A DNA stretch of 64,000 nucleotides from Acidimicrobiales bacterium (GTDB lineage Bacteria > Actinomycetota > Acidimicrobiia > Acidimicrobiales > JAUJNH01): contig JBBSHS010000001.1 in the NCBI GenBank assembly GCA_038232515.1, positions 36,407 to 100,406 on the forward strand, given 5' to 3'. The notes beneath the pieces were generated by a model. It had not been told where the DNA came from, made no database searches, and worked only from the letters and a program-made list of their open reading frames with translations. Every line of letters begins with the position of its first letter. The first letter of the stretch is position 1. Both the position numbers and the translations under genes were made by a program. This document shows, piece after piece, positions 55,035 through 63,836 of this stretch.

Positions 55035-56084
55035 TTACGGCTTGGAGCCCTGGGAAGCACCCGCCGGGTCGCCGTTGGGGCACTTCAGGACCTTTTCGCA
55101 GGCGGCCCTCGTGGGGATGCCGAACCACACTCCGTCGGTGGTGAAGCCGAGCGGCGCATACTGCCGGCTGGCGACGGCGACCACCTGACCCTGGTCGTTG
55201 ACCAGCGGGCCGCCCTGGAAGGCCTGACCGATGGGCACGTCGTGTTGGATGCCGTTGGCGGACACGTCGGCCACGAAACCCTGGGTGATGGCGTTGCCGG
55301 AGCCGCCCACGCCGGAGACCGAAAAAATGCGCTGACCGATGGCCAACGGCGGGCTCGTCGGCGCAAATGCGAGCTTGGGTTGGTTGCTCTTCTGGATGAT
55401 GAGCAGGGCCAGGTCACGTTCGGGCTGCCAGGTCCACAGCGTGGCCTTTTCCTGGTCCGAACCCCGGGTCACCGTGATCTGGGGCCCGGGTTGGCGGGTG
55501 GCCGCCGTCACCGTGGCGAAGGAGCACAGCAGGAGAGTGGTGGAGTTGTCGGAGGCGACGACGAAGGCGGAGCCCACCGAGGGCTGGCCGGCGTTGTCCT
55601 GGGTCTGCACGAACCAGACAGACGGCCCCACGTTCTTCTGGAGGCCGGTGAGCACGTCGCCTCCGGCGGCCAGCTGACGCAGAGGTTGGAGCTCCTTCTG
55701 GATGTCCGACCGGGCATTCTGACCGTCAGCCTGGATGGTCTTGGTGGCGTTGTCGAAAGACTTGGAGAAGTCGCTCGCCAACTGCTTGTTGACGGTGTCG
55801 GTCTGGTCCAGACGATGTGCGTAGTAGGCGTAGAGGATAACGCCCGACAGAGCGGCTCCGATCGAGGCGGCGAGCAGGACGGTGGCTATGCCCAGGGCCG
55901 TTCGGGGCACGAGGCGGTCCCGCAGGACGGGCGGTCGACGCGACGACGTCGGGCTCCGCGGCGGCGGCGGCCGCCTGGTCGGTAGAGGCGACGGGTCCTG
56001 CGGCTCCTCCTGGGCACGGTTGTCTTCCAGGCCGAAGGAGCGACGGGCAAATGCACGCCAGGAGTTCGGGTCATATGAGGCCAT
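55035..56084 (-). CDS. membrane-anchored trypsin-fold (S1C/HtrA-like) protein with a degenerate catalytic triad
   Basis: One TM plus a coiled region, then VGSAFVV...DLALLII...IQHDVPIGQAFQGGPLVN. GNSGGPL is replaced by AFQGGPL, and the TNxHV His box reads CSFATV. Confidence 0.65.
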   Translation of the reverse strand: MASYDPNSWRAFARRSFGLEDNRAQEEPQDPSPLPTRRPPPPRSPTSSRRPPVLRDRLVPRTALGIATVLLAASIGAALSGVILYAYYAHRLDQTDTVNKQLASDFSKSFDNATKTIQADGQNARSDIQKELQPLRQLAAGGDVLTGLQKNVGPSVWFVQTQDNAGQPSVGSAFVVASDNSTTLLLCSFATVTAATRQPGPQITVTRGSDQEKATLWTWQPERDLALLIIQKSNQPKLAFAPTSPPLAIGQRIFSVSGVGGSGNAITQGFVADVSANGIQHDVPIGQAFQGGPLVNDQGQVVAVASRQYAPLGFTTDGVWFGIPTRAACEKVLKCPNGDPAGASQGSKP

Positions 56085-56149
56085 TGCCGCCAACGGTACC
56101 TGGAGACAGGGCCGAGCCCATGAGTGCCCGCCGCGCCGGCCCGAAGTGG

Positions 56150-57340
56150 TCAGGGCCGGCGCGTGGTGGCCAGGGCCTTGAGCATGCCCATGGCGGTGCA
56201 CTCGGCCATCTCCACCACGGGGATGGCCTCGGTGACGATGTGCTGGGCCAAGGCGACGAAGGCGTGGGCGGCGGCACCCTCCGGCTGGGCCAGCACTGCG
56301 GGCCGGCCCGCGTCACCACCGGTGGCCACGGCTGGTTCGAGCGGGATGGAGCCCAACAGCGGCACACCGATCTCGGCGGCCAGGCGCCGGCCTCCACCCG
56401 AACCGAACAACGGGTAGAGCGCACCGTGCTCACACTCGAAGGCGCTCATGTTCTCGATGACGCCGGCCACCCGGAGGTAGCCCTTGCGAGCCATGTCCGC
56501 CGCCCGTGAAGCCACTTTCTGGGCGGCCAGCGCCGGCGTCGTGACGACGATCATCTCGGCCCGGGGCAGCATCCGGGCCAGGCCCATCTGGATGTCGCCG
56601 GTGCCGGGAGGCATGTCGACCAGCAGGTAGTCGAGGTCACCCCAGGAGACATTCTCGATGAAGTGCTGCAGCGCCCGGTTGAGGAGCAGGCCCCGCCACA
56701 TGATGGCGTCCTGCTCCTCGGCCAGAAAGCCCATGGACACCACCTTGAGGCGGCCGCCACGGTCACCGACCGGGACCTCGAGCGGGCGGATACGCCAGTC
56801 CTCGCGGGTTCCGTCGGCCTCGAGCTGGCCCTCGAGCCCGAGCATGCGGGGTATGGAAAACCCCCAGATGTCGGCGTCAAGCACGCCCACGGTAAGGCCC
56901 CGATCGGCCAGGGCAGCGGCCAGGTTGGCCGTGACGGACGACTTGCCGACGCCGCCCTTGCCCGACGCGATGGCCACGATGCGGCACGTGGGCGGGATGT
57001 CGGTGGCCGGCGCCCCCTCGCGGGCCTTCCACCGGGCCCGGGCCATGAGGGCCGACTTCTCCTCGGCGTTGAGCTCGCCGTAGTGGACCTTCACGGCGGT
57101 GACCCCGGGCAGGGAGCCGACCCGGGCCTGGGTGTCGTTCTTCAGCTGACCCCGTAGAGGACAGCTCGCCGTCGTGAGCGCGATGGTGACGCCGACCTGG
57201 CCGTCGGGGGCGATCTCGACGGCCTTGACCATGCCCAGGTCGACGATGTTGTCGCCCAGCTCCGGGTCGATCACGCCCAGAAGGGCGGCACGGACGGCCT
57301 CTTCGGCCACGGGCAGCAGGGCGTTTGCCATCACGTGCAT
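56150..57340 (-). CDS. mrp: Mrp/NBP35 (ApbC) family Fe-S cluster carrier ATPase
   Basis: N-terminal DUF59-like region (GVIDPELGDNIVDLGMV), Walker A SGKGGVGKSS, VDMPPGTGD. Start at ATG 57340 or 57331. Confidence 0.9.
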   Translation of the reverse strand: MHVMANALLPVAEEAVRAALLGVIDPELGDNIVDLGMVKAVEIAPDGQVGVTIALTTASCPLRGQLKNDTQARVGSLPGVTAVKVHYGELNAEEKSALMARARWKAREGAPATDIPPTCRIVAIASGKGGVGKSSVTANLAAALADRGLTVGVLDADIWGFSIPRMLGLEGQLEADGTREDWRIRPLEVPVGDRGGRLKVVSMGFLAEEQDAIMWRGLLLNRALQHFIENVSWGDLDYLLVDMPPGTGDIQMGLARMLPRAEMIVVTTPALAAQKVASRAADMARKGYLRVAGVIENMSAFECEHGALYPLFGSGGGRRLAAEIGVPLLGSIPLEPAVATGGDAGRPAVLAQPEGAAAHAFVALAQHIVTEAIPVVEMAECTAMGMLKALATTRRP

Positions 57341-57347
57341 TCTAACG

Positions 57348-58112
57348 GTGGCGGCCGGGGATATTCTTGCCGATGTGGATCGCCTCCAGGTCTTCAAGGC
57401 GTTGGGTGACAACACGCGCTACGCCGTGTACCTCGAGTTGGCCCGCTCGCCTTCGCCCTTGTCGACCAGCGACGTGGCCGATGCATTGGGCCTGCACCCC
57501 AACACGGTGCGGCCCCACCTGGAGCGGATGCGCGAGGTGGGCCTGCTCGACGTCGAGGTCGACAGCCGGGGCACGGTGGGACGGCCCCAGCACCGCTACT
57601 GCGTGGCCGACGATGCCCCCACCCTGGGCCTCGAGCCGTCTTCGTTCCGCCTGTTGGCCACCCTGCTGGCCGGCGTGGCGGCTGCCCATCAGCCGGGTCC
57701 CGAGCAGGTGGCCGGGGTGGGCCGCCAGCGTGGCCGGCTGGCCGCCGCCGAGCTTGGCGACCAGGGGCTGACGGGGACAGGTGAAGCGACGGCAGTACCG
57801 GAGGGGGGCTCCGCCGGTGTGCCCCGCACATCGGCCTCGGCCTGTGTGCGGGGCCTCGTGGCCGAACTGGCGGAGTTGGGTTTCGACCCTGTCACCTCTG
57901 AGGACGCGGGCACGACCACCGTGGCCTTCACCCGTTGTCCGTTCATCGAGTTGGCCACGGTGTTCCCCGACCTCGTCTGCCACCTCCATCGAGGCATCGT
58001 CGAAGGCTTCGTGGCCCAGGCCGGCGGCGCCGAGGTCGCTCATTTCGCCACCATCGCCGATCGTGACCCCTGCCGGGTCGATCTCAACGGGATTGGCGTG
58101 CCGACCCGGTAG
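57348..58112 (+). CDS. ArsR-type HTH transcriptional regulator with Cys-containing C-terminal domain (SufR-like architecture)
   Basis: VFKALGDNTRYAVYLEL...LSTSDVADALGLHPNTVRPHLERM winged HTH; C-terminal CPF...C.LHRG. The start is uncertain (GTG 57348 or 57375). Confidence 0.7.
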   Translation: MAAGDILADVDRLQVFKALGDNTRYAVYLELARSPSPLSTSDVADALGLHPNTVRPHLERMREVGLLDVEVDSRGTVGRPQHRYCVADDAPTLGLEPSSFRLLATLLAGVAAAHQPGPEQVAGVGRQRGRLAAAELGDQGLTGTGEATAVPEGGSAGVPRTSASACVRGLVAELAELGFDPVTSEDAGTTTVAFTRCPFIELATVFPDLVCHLHRGIVEGFVAQAGGAEVAHFATIADRDPCRVDLNGIGVPTR

Positions 58113-58142
58113 GCTGTGGTCAGACCGAACCTGGAGGCCGCC

Positions 58143-58484
58143 ATGAGCATCACCCAGACCGAGACCTTCCACATCACCGACGCGGCCACGGCCAAGGTCG
58201 CCGAGTTGCTCGCCCAGGAGGGTGACGACAACCTCGCCCTGCGGGTGGCGGTATGTCCCGGGGGTTGCTCGGGCTTCTCCTACGAGATGTTCTTCGACGC
58301 CGACATCGGACCCGACGACGTCAAGTTCGGGGCCGGACATGTCAAGGTCGTCATCGACCCCGCCTCTGTCCCGCTGCTGCAGGGCGCCAGCCTCGACTAC
58401 AAGGACGGGCTGCAGGGCGCCGGGTTCAGCATCAACAACCCCAACGCGTCGCGCACCTGCGGGTGCGGCAACAGCTTCAGCTGA
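58143..58484 (+). CDS. erpA: A-type Fe-S cluster insertion/carrier protein (HesB/IscA/ErpA)
   Basis: LRVAVCPGGCSGFSY ... the CGCGNSFS C-terminus. ATG is preceded by CTGGAGG. Confidence 0.9.
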   Translation: MSITQTETFHITDAATAKVAELLAQEGDDNLALRVAVCPGGCSGFSYEMFFDADIGPDDVKFGAGHVKVVIDPASVPLLQGASLDYKDGLQGAGFSINNPNASRTCGCGNSFS

Positions 58485-58526
58485 GTCCCCGCCGGCCGGA
58501 GCCCGGTTCAGGTCCGGCGCTCCGGC

Positions 58527-59453
58527 TCACTGTTTGACGAGGCTGCTGATGGCCGTCGTCGCTTCTTCGGCGCCGAACAGCCCTTCGATCCGGTCGTGGA
58601 CGGTGCCGTTGGGGTTGACGAGGAACAACGACGGCTCGCTCTGCAGCTTGAAGGCCGTCACCGTCGGAGCCAGCGTCAGGCTGGAGATGGCGGCGTCGGG
58701 GGTGGGCCTGGCGTAGATTTCGACGTGGATGAAATGGGCCCGGTCATGGGCCGCGCCTCGGGCGGCCAGGATGGTGTCGAGCACCGGGCCGCAGGTCTCC
58801 GACTGGCAGTACCGAGGTGTGGCGAACGCCAGCACCACCGGCATGCCGTCAGCCACCGCCGCGTTCAGCGACAACTGGTGCAGGCCGCAGGGCGGGTCGT
58901 GGGTGCAGATCGGGTCGACGCCCTGCGCATCGGCCACCGTCGGCGTCGGCACCAGGGGGACCGGGTCGCCCACTCCGGGCCCGGGCAGATGGTCGACCAC
59001 GCTGACCGGAGCACTCGCCTGGCCCCCGTTGGCCTTCACCGTGGCCCACAACGTGCCCGTCTGGGGGAAGTCCCGCTGAACCGTGATGTAGGCCGGCACT
59101 CCAGGAGAGTCGGTGTGCACGGCGGCCGGGACCACCGCCCCTTGGACCTTGCCCTGCTGGGGGCCGAAGCCCACCAGCACCGGGCCGGAGGGGACTACGA
59201 AGTCACCGGCATCGTTCTTCAGCAGCCAGGCCACCCGCCGGCCCGTGCCGACCGGGACGTCCCCTGACGGCGACAGCAGGTTGAGCCCCCCGCCTGTGCG
59301 TCCCGGCCGGCTGGTGACGGTTATGTCGGCGTCCGTCGAGGACCTGCTGCAGGCAGCCAGCAGGGCGCCGCCCAGGCCGAGGGAGGCTCCTCCCAGGAAC
59401 AGTTGGCGGCGGCTGAGCAGGCGGTCCACGGACCCAACGTAGTCTTGGCCCAT
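58527..59453 (-). CDS. Tat-signal lipoprotein with C-terminal thioredoxin-like domain
   Basis: SRRQLFLGGASLGLGGALLAAC (twin-arginine plus lipobox); the C-terminal region has a CQSETCGP motif and a TlpA/Sco-like layout. The start is ATG 59453 or GTG 59429. Confidence 0.6.
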   Translation of the reverse strand: MGQDYVGSVDRLLSRRQLFLGGASLGLGGALLAACSRSSTDADITVTSRPGRTGGGLNLLSPSGDVPVGTGRRVAWLLKNDAGDFVVPSGPVLVGFGPQQGKVQGAVVPAAVHTDSPGVPAYITVQRDFPQTGTLWATVKANGGQASAPVSVVDHLPGPGVGDPVPLVPTPTVADAQGVDPICTHDPPCGLHQLSLNAAVADGMPVVLAFATPRYCQSETCGPVLDTILAARGAAHDRAHFIHVEIYARPTPDAAISSLTLAPTVTAFKLQSEPSLFLVNPNGTVHDRIEGLFGAEEATTAISSLVKQ

Positions 59454-61050
59454 GTCGGGTTGGCTTCGGGTCGACGGCCGGGCCGTCGCCTTGGAGACCG
59501 GCGACGAAGCCACGTCGCTGCTGGACGTACTGCGCCGGCGGGCGGGGACGACGAGCGTGAAGGACGGCTGCTCACCCCAGGGTCAGTGCGGTTGTTGCAC
59601 GGTTCTGGTCGACGGTGCGGCGCGGGTGGCGTGCGTGACCCAGACCCGGCGGGTCGTGGGCCGCGACATCACGACGGTCGACGGCCTGGAGCCGGCCGTG
59701 CGGGACGCATGGGTGCGGGGTTTCTGCCGGACCGGGGCGAGCCAGTGCGGCTTCTGCACCCCGGGCATCATCGTGCGGCTGGCGGCGACGGCCGGGCGGG
59801 TACCGGTCGAGGACGCCCTGCTCGCCCATCTCTGCCGCTGCACCGGGTGGCGGACGATCCTCGAAGCCGCCCATCTGGTGGCCGACGGCGGGGCGACAGA
59901 CGCCGTGGCCGGTGACGACCGTGACTGGGCGGGAGCCGCCCGCCGAGCCGCGATCGAGGGCCACACCTCCCAGGCGGTCGGCCCCGAGGTGGCGTTGGGC
60001 CGGGGTGGCTTCGCCGACGACACCGCTCCTGTCGACGCTCTGGTGGCCGTGCCCGACGGTCGCGGTGGTTGGGTCGTCGGCCCGACGGTGACCGAGGCGC
60101 GGGCCGCAGCCGGCCGTGTGCAGGGCCGCAACACCACCTTGGCGCCCACATGGCCGGTGGCGCTGCCGCCCGGAGACTGGGATGTCACACTGCGCACCAC
60201 CTGGGTGGAGCCTGCCTACCTCGAGCCCGATGCCTCGTGGTGCCGGCCCGGCGGTGAACCGGTATCCCCTCTGGCCAATGGTGGCGCTTTCGGCGCCAAG
60301 GTGGCGTCGGTGGCGCCGGCCACGGCCCGGAGATTGGCCGATGAGCACGGCTGTGCGGTGCGTGTGGTGCTGGCCCGCGAGGACGTCGTCCGGCTCGGCC
60401 CAAAACGCCCGCCACTGGCCGGCGGTGTGCGGCGGGACGGAACCGGCGTTTTGCGGGTGGTGCGCACGTCCGGCATCGCCCGAGCCATCGCTGCGGTGGC
60501 GCCCGGCCTCGTCGTGGAAGAGGTCGACGTGCCCGGCCCGCCCACTTCGGCGGCCATACGGGGCGCCGGTTGGGCGGAGGCCGCCGTGATGCTGGCCGCA
60601 GCTGCCGGGCGCACCACGGTCACGTCGCCGGCCGGCGCCACCGCTTCAGCGTACGTCGGCCTGGATGACGGCCTACGGGTGCAGGTGGCGTGCGGCCGGC
60701 CCCTCGATCCGGTTGTGCTGCGTTCGTACTGCGTGGGGGCGGCCCACATGGCGCTCGGATGGGTGCGCAGCGAGGCCATCGCCGTGGACGACGACGGCAG
60801 CCCCCTCGATCTCACCATCCGATCGTTCGGCGTCCTGCGGGCCAGGGACACACCCGCCATCGACGTGGAGATCGACGACGGCGATGGCCGCGACCCGGTG
60901 AACGGCTCGGACGCCGTGTTCGCCGCTGTGGCCGCCGCCGTCTGGCAGGCCGACGGCCTCCCGGACCGTTGGCCCGACCGATGTGCCGGCTCCCTTGACG
61001 GCCGCCAGCACCCGCCCGGCGCCTCGGGATACCTACGATCGATCCCATGA
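59452..61050 (+). CDS. (2Fe-2S)-binding CoxS-like domain fused to a reduced xanthine-dehydrogenase/aldehyde-oxidase Mo-binding-like domain
   Basis: N-terminal DGCSPQGQCGCCTV and QCGFCTPG...LCRCTGW motifs. The C-terminal roughly 370 aa carry XDH-family-like blocks (FADDTAPVDALVAV, YLEPDAS, GGAFGAKV) but are much shorter than a normal large subunit. Confidence 0.7.
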   Translation: MSGWLRVDGRAVALETGDEATSLLDVLRRRAGTTSVKDGCSPQGQCGCCTVLVDGAARVACVTQTRRVVGRDITTVDGLEPAVRDAWVRGFCRTGASQCGFCTPGIIVRLAATAGRVPVEDALLAHLCRCTGWRTILEAAHLVADGGATDAVAGDDRDWAGAARRAAIEGHTSQAVGPEVALGRGGFADDTAPVDALVAVPDGRGGWVVGPTVTEARAAAGRVQGRNTTLAPTWPVALPPGDWDVTLRTTWVEPAYLEPDASWCRPGGEPVSPLANGGAFGAKVASVAPATARRLADEHGCAVRVVLAREDVVRLGPKRPPLAGGVRRDGTGVLRVVRTSGIARAIAAVAPGLVVEEVDVPGPPTSAAIRGAGWAEAAVMLAAAAGRTTVTSPAGATASAYVGLDDGLRVQVACGRPLDPVVLRSYCVGAAHMALGWVRSEAIAVDDDGSPLDLTIRSFGVLRARDTPAIDVEIDDGDGRDPVNGSDAVFAAVAAAVWQADGLPDRWPDRCAGSLDGRQHPPGASGYLRSIP

Positions 61051-61400
61051 GCACACCCGTCGGTCCCTACGCACCCGTCGTCCGTGCCGGTGACTGGTTG
61101 ATCTGCTCAGGCCAGCTGGGCCTGGAGGCCGGTGGTGCGCTGGCGGCCGGCGGCGTGGGCGCTCAGACCACGCAGGCCCTCGCCAACGCCTCGGCCGTGT
61201 TGGCGGAGCACGGCGCCATCCTCGACGACGTGGTCAAGACGCTTGTATTCCTGGCTGACATCGGCGGCTACCCGGCCATGAACGAGGCGTACCTGGTGGC
61301 CTTCGGGGATCATCGGCCGGCGCGCTCGGCCGTGGCCGTCGGGGCCCTGCCCCGTGCCGCCGAAGTCGAGATCGAATGCTGGGCCTTCAAACCGCAATAG
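61047..61400 (+). CDS. ridA: RidA/YjgF family reactive-intermediate deaminase
   Basis: AGDWLICSGQLG, KTLVFLADI, PARSAVAVGALPRAAEVEIE. ATGA overlap with the upstream gene. Confidence 0.85.
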   Translation: MSTPVGPYAPVVRAGDWLICSGQLGLEAGGALAAGGVGAQTTQALANASAVLAEHGAILDDVVKTLVFLADIGGYPAMNEAYLVAFGDHRPARSAVAVGALPRAAEVEIECWAFKPQ

Positions 61401-61411
61401 CCTGACTTCCG

Positions 61412-61549
61412 ATGGTCGGAGTCGTGCTCGTCGTGTTGGTCCTGCTGGCCCTGATCCCGCTGTTCCTAATAGGGGCCGGCGTGGTGAGCGCCACGCTGGC
61501 CCAGCTCCTGAAGCGCGGTGCGGAGGCCGAGCACGAAGCCAGTCCCTGA
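61412..61549 (+). CDS. small hydrophobic ORF (45 aa), not in the ORF track
   Basis: MVGVVLVVLVLLALIPLFLIGAGVVSATLAQLLKRGAEAEHEASP; ATG start and consistently high GC3. No SD or family evidence. Confidence 0.3.
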   Translation: MVGVVLVVLVLLALIPLFLIGAGVVSATLAQLLKRGAEAEHEASP

Positions 61550-61620
61550 CGGACTGCCGGTCCATGCGGAAGATGAGGGCGAGCGAAAGCGAGCGCCAAA
61601 CAAGGGGAGGGGGCCTTCGC
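61544..61620 (-). repeat. GC-rich interspersed repeat, family 1, copy D (inverted, truncated)
   Basis: The reverse complement GGCCCCCTCCCCTTG...GCGCTCGCTTTCGCTCGCCCTCATCTTCCGCATGGACCGGCAGTCCGTCAGGG matches the 5' half of the family; hairpins 2-3 are absent. It sits between convergent genes. Confidence 0.7.
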
Positions 61621-62300
61621 TATATCGCCCATCTTGGTTGACCGAAGCGGTAGCCGACGGAGCGGACGGTGGAGATCAGACTGGCGTGGTCCTCGCCCAG
61701 CTTGGCCCGCAGCCGCCGGATGTGGACGTCCACCGTGCGGGCCCCGCCGTAGTACTCGTAGCCCCACACCCGGGACAGCAGCACCTCGCGGGTGAAGACC
61801 TTGCCCGGGTGGGTGGCCAGGAACTTGAGCAGCTCGTACTCCATGTAGGTGAGATCGAGAGGGCGGCTGGCGATGACTGCCTGGTAGGTCTCGAGGTTGA
61901 GGACGAGCGGCCCGTACTCGATCAGCTCGGGCCGGGTGCCGCGCCCGGTGCGCCAGAACAGGTGCTTGAGGCGGGCGTCCAGCTCGGCCGGCTGCACCGG
62001 GGCGAGGCAGAAGTCGTTGAACAGGTCCTCTCGAAGCTCCAGGTCCTTCACTTGGCCGGCGCTCACCACCACGAGCAACGGCTCGACGGGTGTGTCCCGC
62101 TTGCGCAGGGCGCGGCACAGTCCGAAGGCGCCCTCGGCGTCAGCGTCGGCGCAGACGATGGCGCCGGCCCAACCATCGTCGGGCTCGACGCGTCCGGCAG
62201 CATCGGCGGTCGGGACGGCGAGCCATGGGTAACCGGCCAGGTCGAGGGCGTGGCTCACCTGCGCCGGCGGCGGATCGGGGTAGAGCAGCAGCGGTTCCAT
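61620..62300 (-). CDS. glnR: GlnR-type orphan OmpR-family response regulator (atypical receiver)
   Basis: C-terminal winged helix (LTYMEYELLKFLATHPGKVFTREVLLSRVWGY...VRSVGYRF). The receiver lacks the N-terminal acidic pair and the conserved Lys. It is adjacent to two glutamine synthetase genes. Confidence 0.75.
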   Translation of the reverse strand: MEPLLLYPDPPPAQVSHALDLAGYPWLAVPTADAAGRVEPDDGWAGAIVCADADAEGAFGLCRALRKRDTPVEPLLVVVSAGQVKDLELREDLFNDFCLAPVQPAELDARLKHLFWRTGRGTRPELIEYGPLVLNLETYQAVIASRPLDLTYMEYELLKFLATHPGKVFTREVLLSRVWGYEYYGGARTVDVHIRRLRAKLGEDHASLISTVRSVGYRFGQPRWAI

Positions 62301-62317
62301 GAAAGCTGGCTCTTCGA

Positions 62318-63646
62318 CTACAGCCGGGCGAAGTAGCGGTCCATCTCGAACTGGGAGATGGCGGTCTTGTAGGCGATCCATTCCTCGCGCTTGTTGCGGA
62401 TGAACCACTCGAAGACGTGTTCGCCCAACGTCTCGGCCACGAGCTCGGACCTCTCCATGATCTCGATGGCCTCGGCCAGCGACCCTGGGAGCTGGCCGAT
62501 GCCCTCGGCGGCCCGCTCTTCGGGGGTGAGGTCGTACAGGTTGACGGCCGTCCCTGTGGGCAGGGGATAGCCCTCGTCGATGCCCTTGAGGCCGGCGGCG
62601 AGGACCAGCGCGAAGGCCAGATAGGGATTGCAGGCCGGATCGGGCGCCCGGTACTCGATCCTGGTCGACTCGGCCCGCTTGGCGTGGGGCACGTTGACCA
62701 CCACCGAGCGGTTGTTGCCGGCCCAGGCCACGTACATGGGCGCTTCGAAGCCGACCACCAGGCGCTTGTAGGAGTTGACCCACTGGTTGGTGACGGCCGT
62801 GATCTCCGACGCATGGCGCAGGATCCCGGCGATGAAGTGGCGGGCCACCTTCGACAGCCGGTCCGGGTCGCCGGCATCGAAGAAGGCGTTGGTGTCGCCC
62901 TCGAACAGCGAAAAATGGGTGTGCATACCCGAGCCCTGCACCCCGGCCAGCGGCTTGGGCATGAAGGTGGCGTACAGGCCCTTCTCGCTGGCCACCTCTT
63001 TGACGACCTGGCGCACGGTCATGACCGTGTCGGCCATCGTGAGGGCGTCGGTGTAGCGCAGATCGATCTCGTGCTGGCTGGGGGCGTCCTCGTGGTGGCT
63101 GTACTCCACCGGGATCCCCATGTCCTCGAGAGTGAGCACCGTGCGCTTGCGCAGCCCCCATCCCGTGTCGGCCACGGTCAGGTCGAAGTACGAGCCGGCG
63201 TCAACCGCCTTGGGCGCGACGGTCGGATCGTCGTCGGAGAAGTAGAAGTACTCCATGTCGGAGGCGGCGAAGAACGAAAAGCCCCGCTCCCGCGCCTGGT
63301 CGAGCGCCCCCTTCAGCACCCGGCGCGGATCCCCGGCGAACGGTGTGCCGTCGAGGTGGCAGACGTCGCAGAACACCCGGGCCACCGCCGTGTCGTCCAC
63401 CTTCCAGGGCAGCAGTTGGAACGTCATGGGGTCTGGCTTGGCCAGCACGTCCGATTCCTGGACGCGGCTGAAGCCGTCGACGGCCGAGCCGTCGAAGCTC
63501 ATTCCCTCTTCCAGGGCGTTCTCGAGCTCGGCCGGAGTGATGTCGAAGACCTTGGGCACACCCAGCACGTCGGTGAACCACAGTTGGATGGTGCGGACGT
63601 TGCGTTCCTCGACGGTGCGCAGCACGTAGTCCTGTTGTCGTTCCAT
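62318..63646 (-). CDS. glnA2: type I glutamine synthetase, GlnA2-like
   Basis: [29 protein letters not shown]... closely parallels the mycobacterial GlnA2 N-terminus as remembered; GS catalytic blocks throughout. Start at ATG 63646. Confidence 0.85.
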   Translation of the reverse strand: MERQQDYVLRTVEERNVRTIQLWFTDVLGVPKVFDITPAELENALEEGMSFDGSAVDGFSRVQESDVLAKPDPMTFQLLPWKVDDTAVARVFCDVCHLDGTPFAGDPRRVLKGALDQARERGFSFFAASDMEYFYFSDDDPTVAPKAVDAGSYFDLTVADTGWGLRKRTVLTLEDMGIPVEYSHHEDAPSQHEIDLRYTDALTMADTVMTVRQVVKEVASEKGLYATFMPKPLAGVQGSGMHTHFSLFEGDTNAFFDAGDPDRLSKVARHFIAGILRHASEITAVTNQWVNSYKRLVVGFEAPMYVAWAGNNRSVVVNVPHAKRAESTRIEYRAPDPACNPYLAFALVLAAGLKGIDEGYPLPTGTAVNLYDLTPEERAAEGIGQLPGSLAEAIEIMERSELVAETLGEHVFEWFIRNKREEWIAYKTAISQFEMDRYFARL

Positions 63647-63709
63647 GACAGCCGTAGTCTCGCAGCCCGTTCCGGCCCGCACCCCATCCGCGGCCCCCCC
63701 GAACCGGTC

Positions 63710-63748
63710 GTTTACACGAGGTTCACGCGTGGGCAACGGCCTCGAAAC
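63710..63748. promoter_or_regulatory. putative GlnR operator (four half-sites) in the glnA2/glnA divergent region
   Basis: GTTTAC-n5-GTTCAC-n6-GCAAC-n6-GAAAC resembles the actinobacterial GlnR box pattern gTnAc-n6-GaAAc. Confidence 0.45.
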
Positions 63749-63836
63749 CGCGGGGCTTGCCCCTGGGTCGTCCGGCTCCTACGGTTCGGCAGCCTCAATC
63801 TGGGCGCAGACCGCCCTCACCTCCAAGGAGCCGCTG

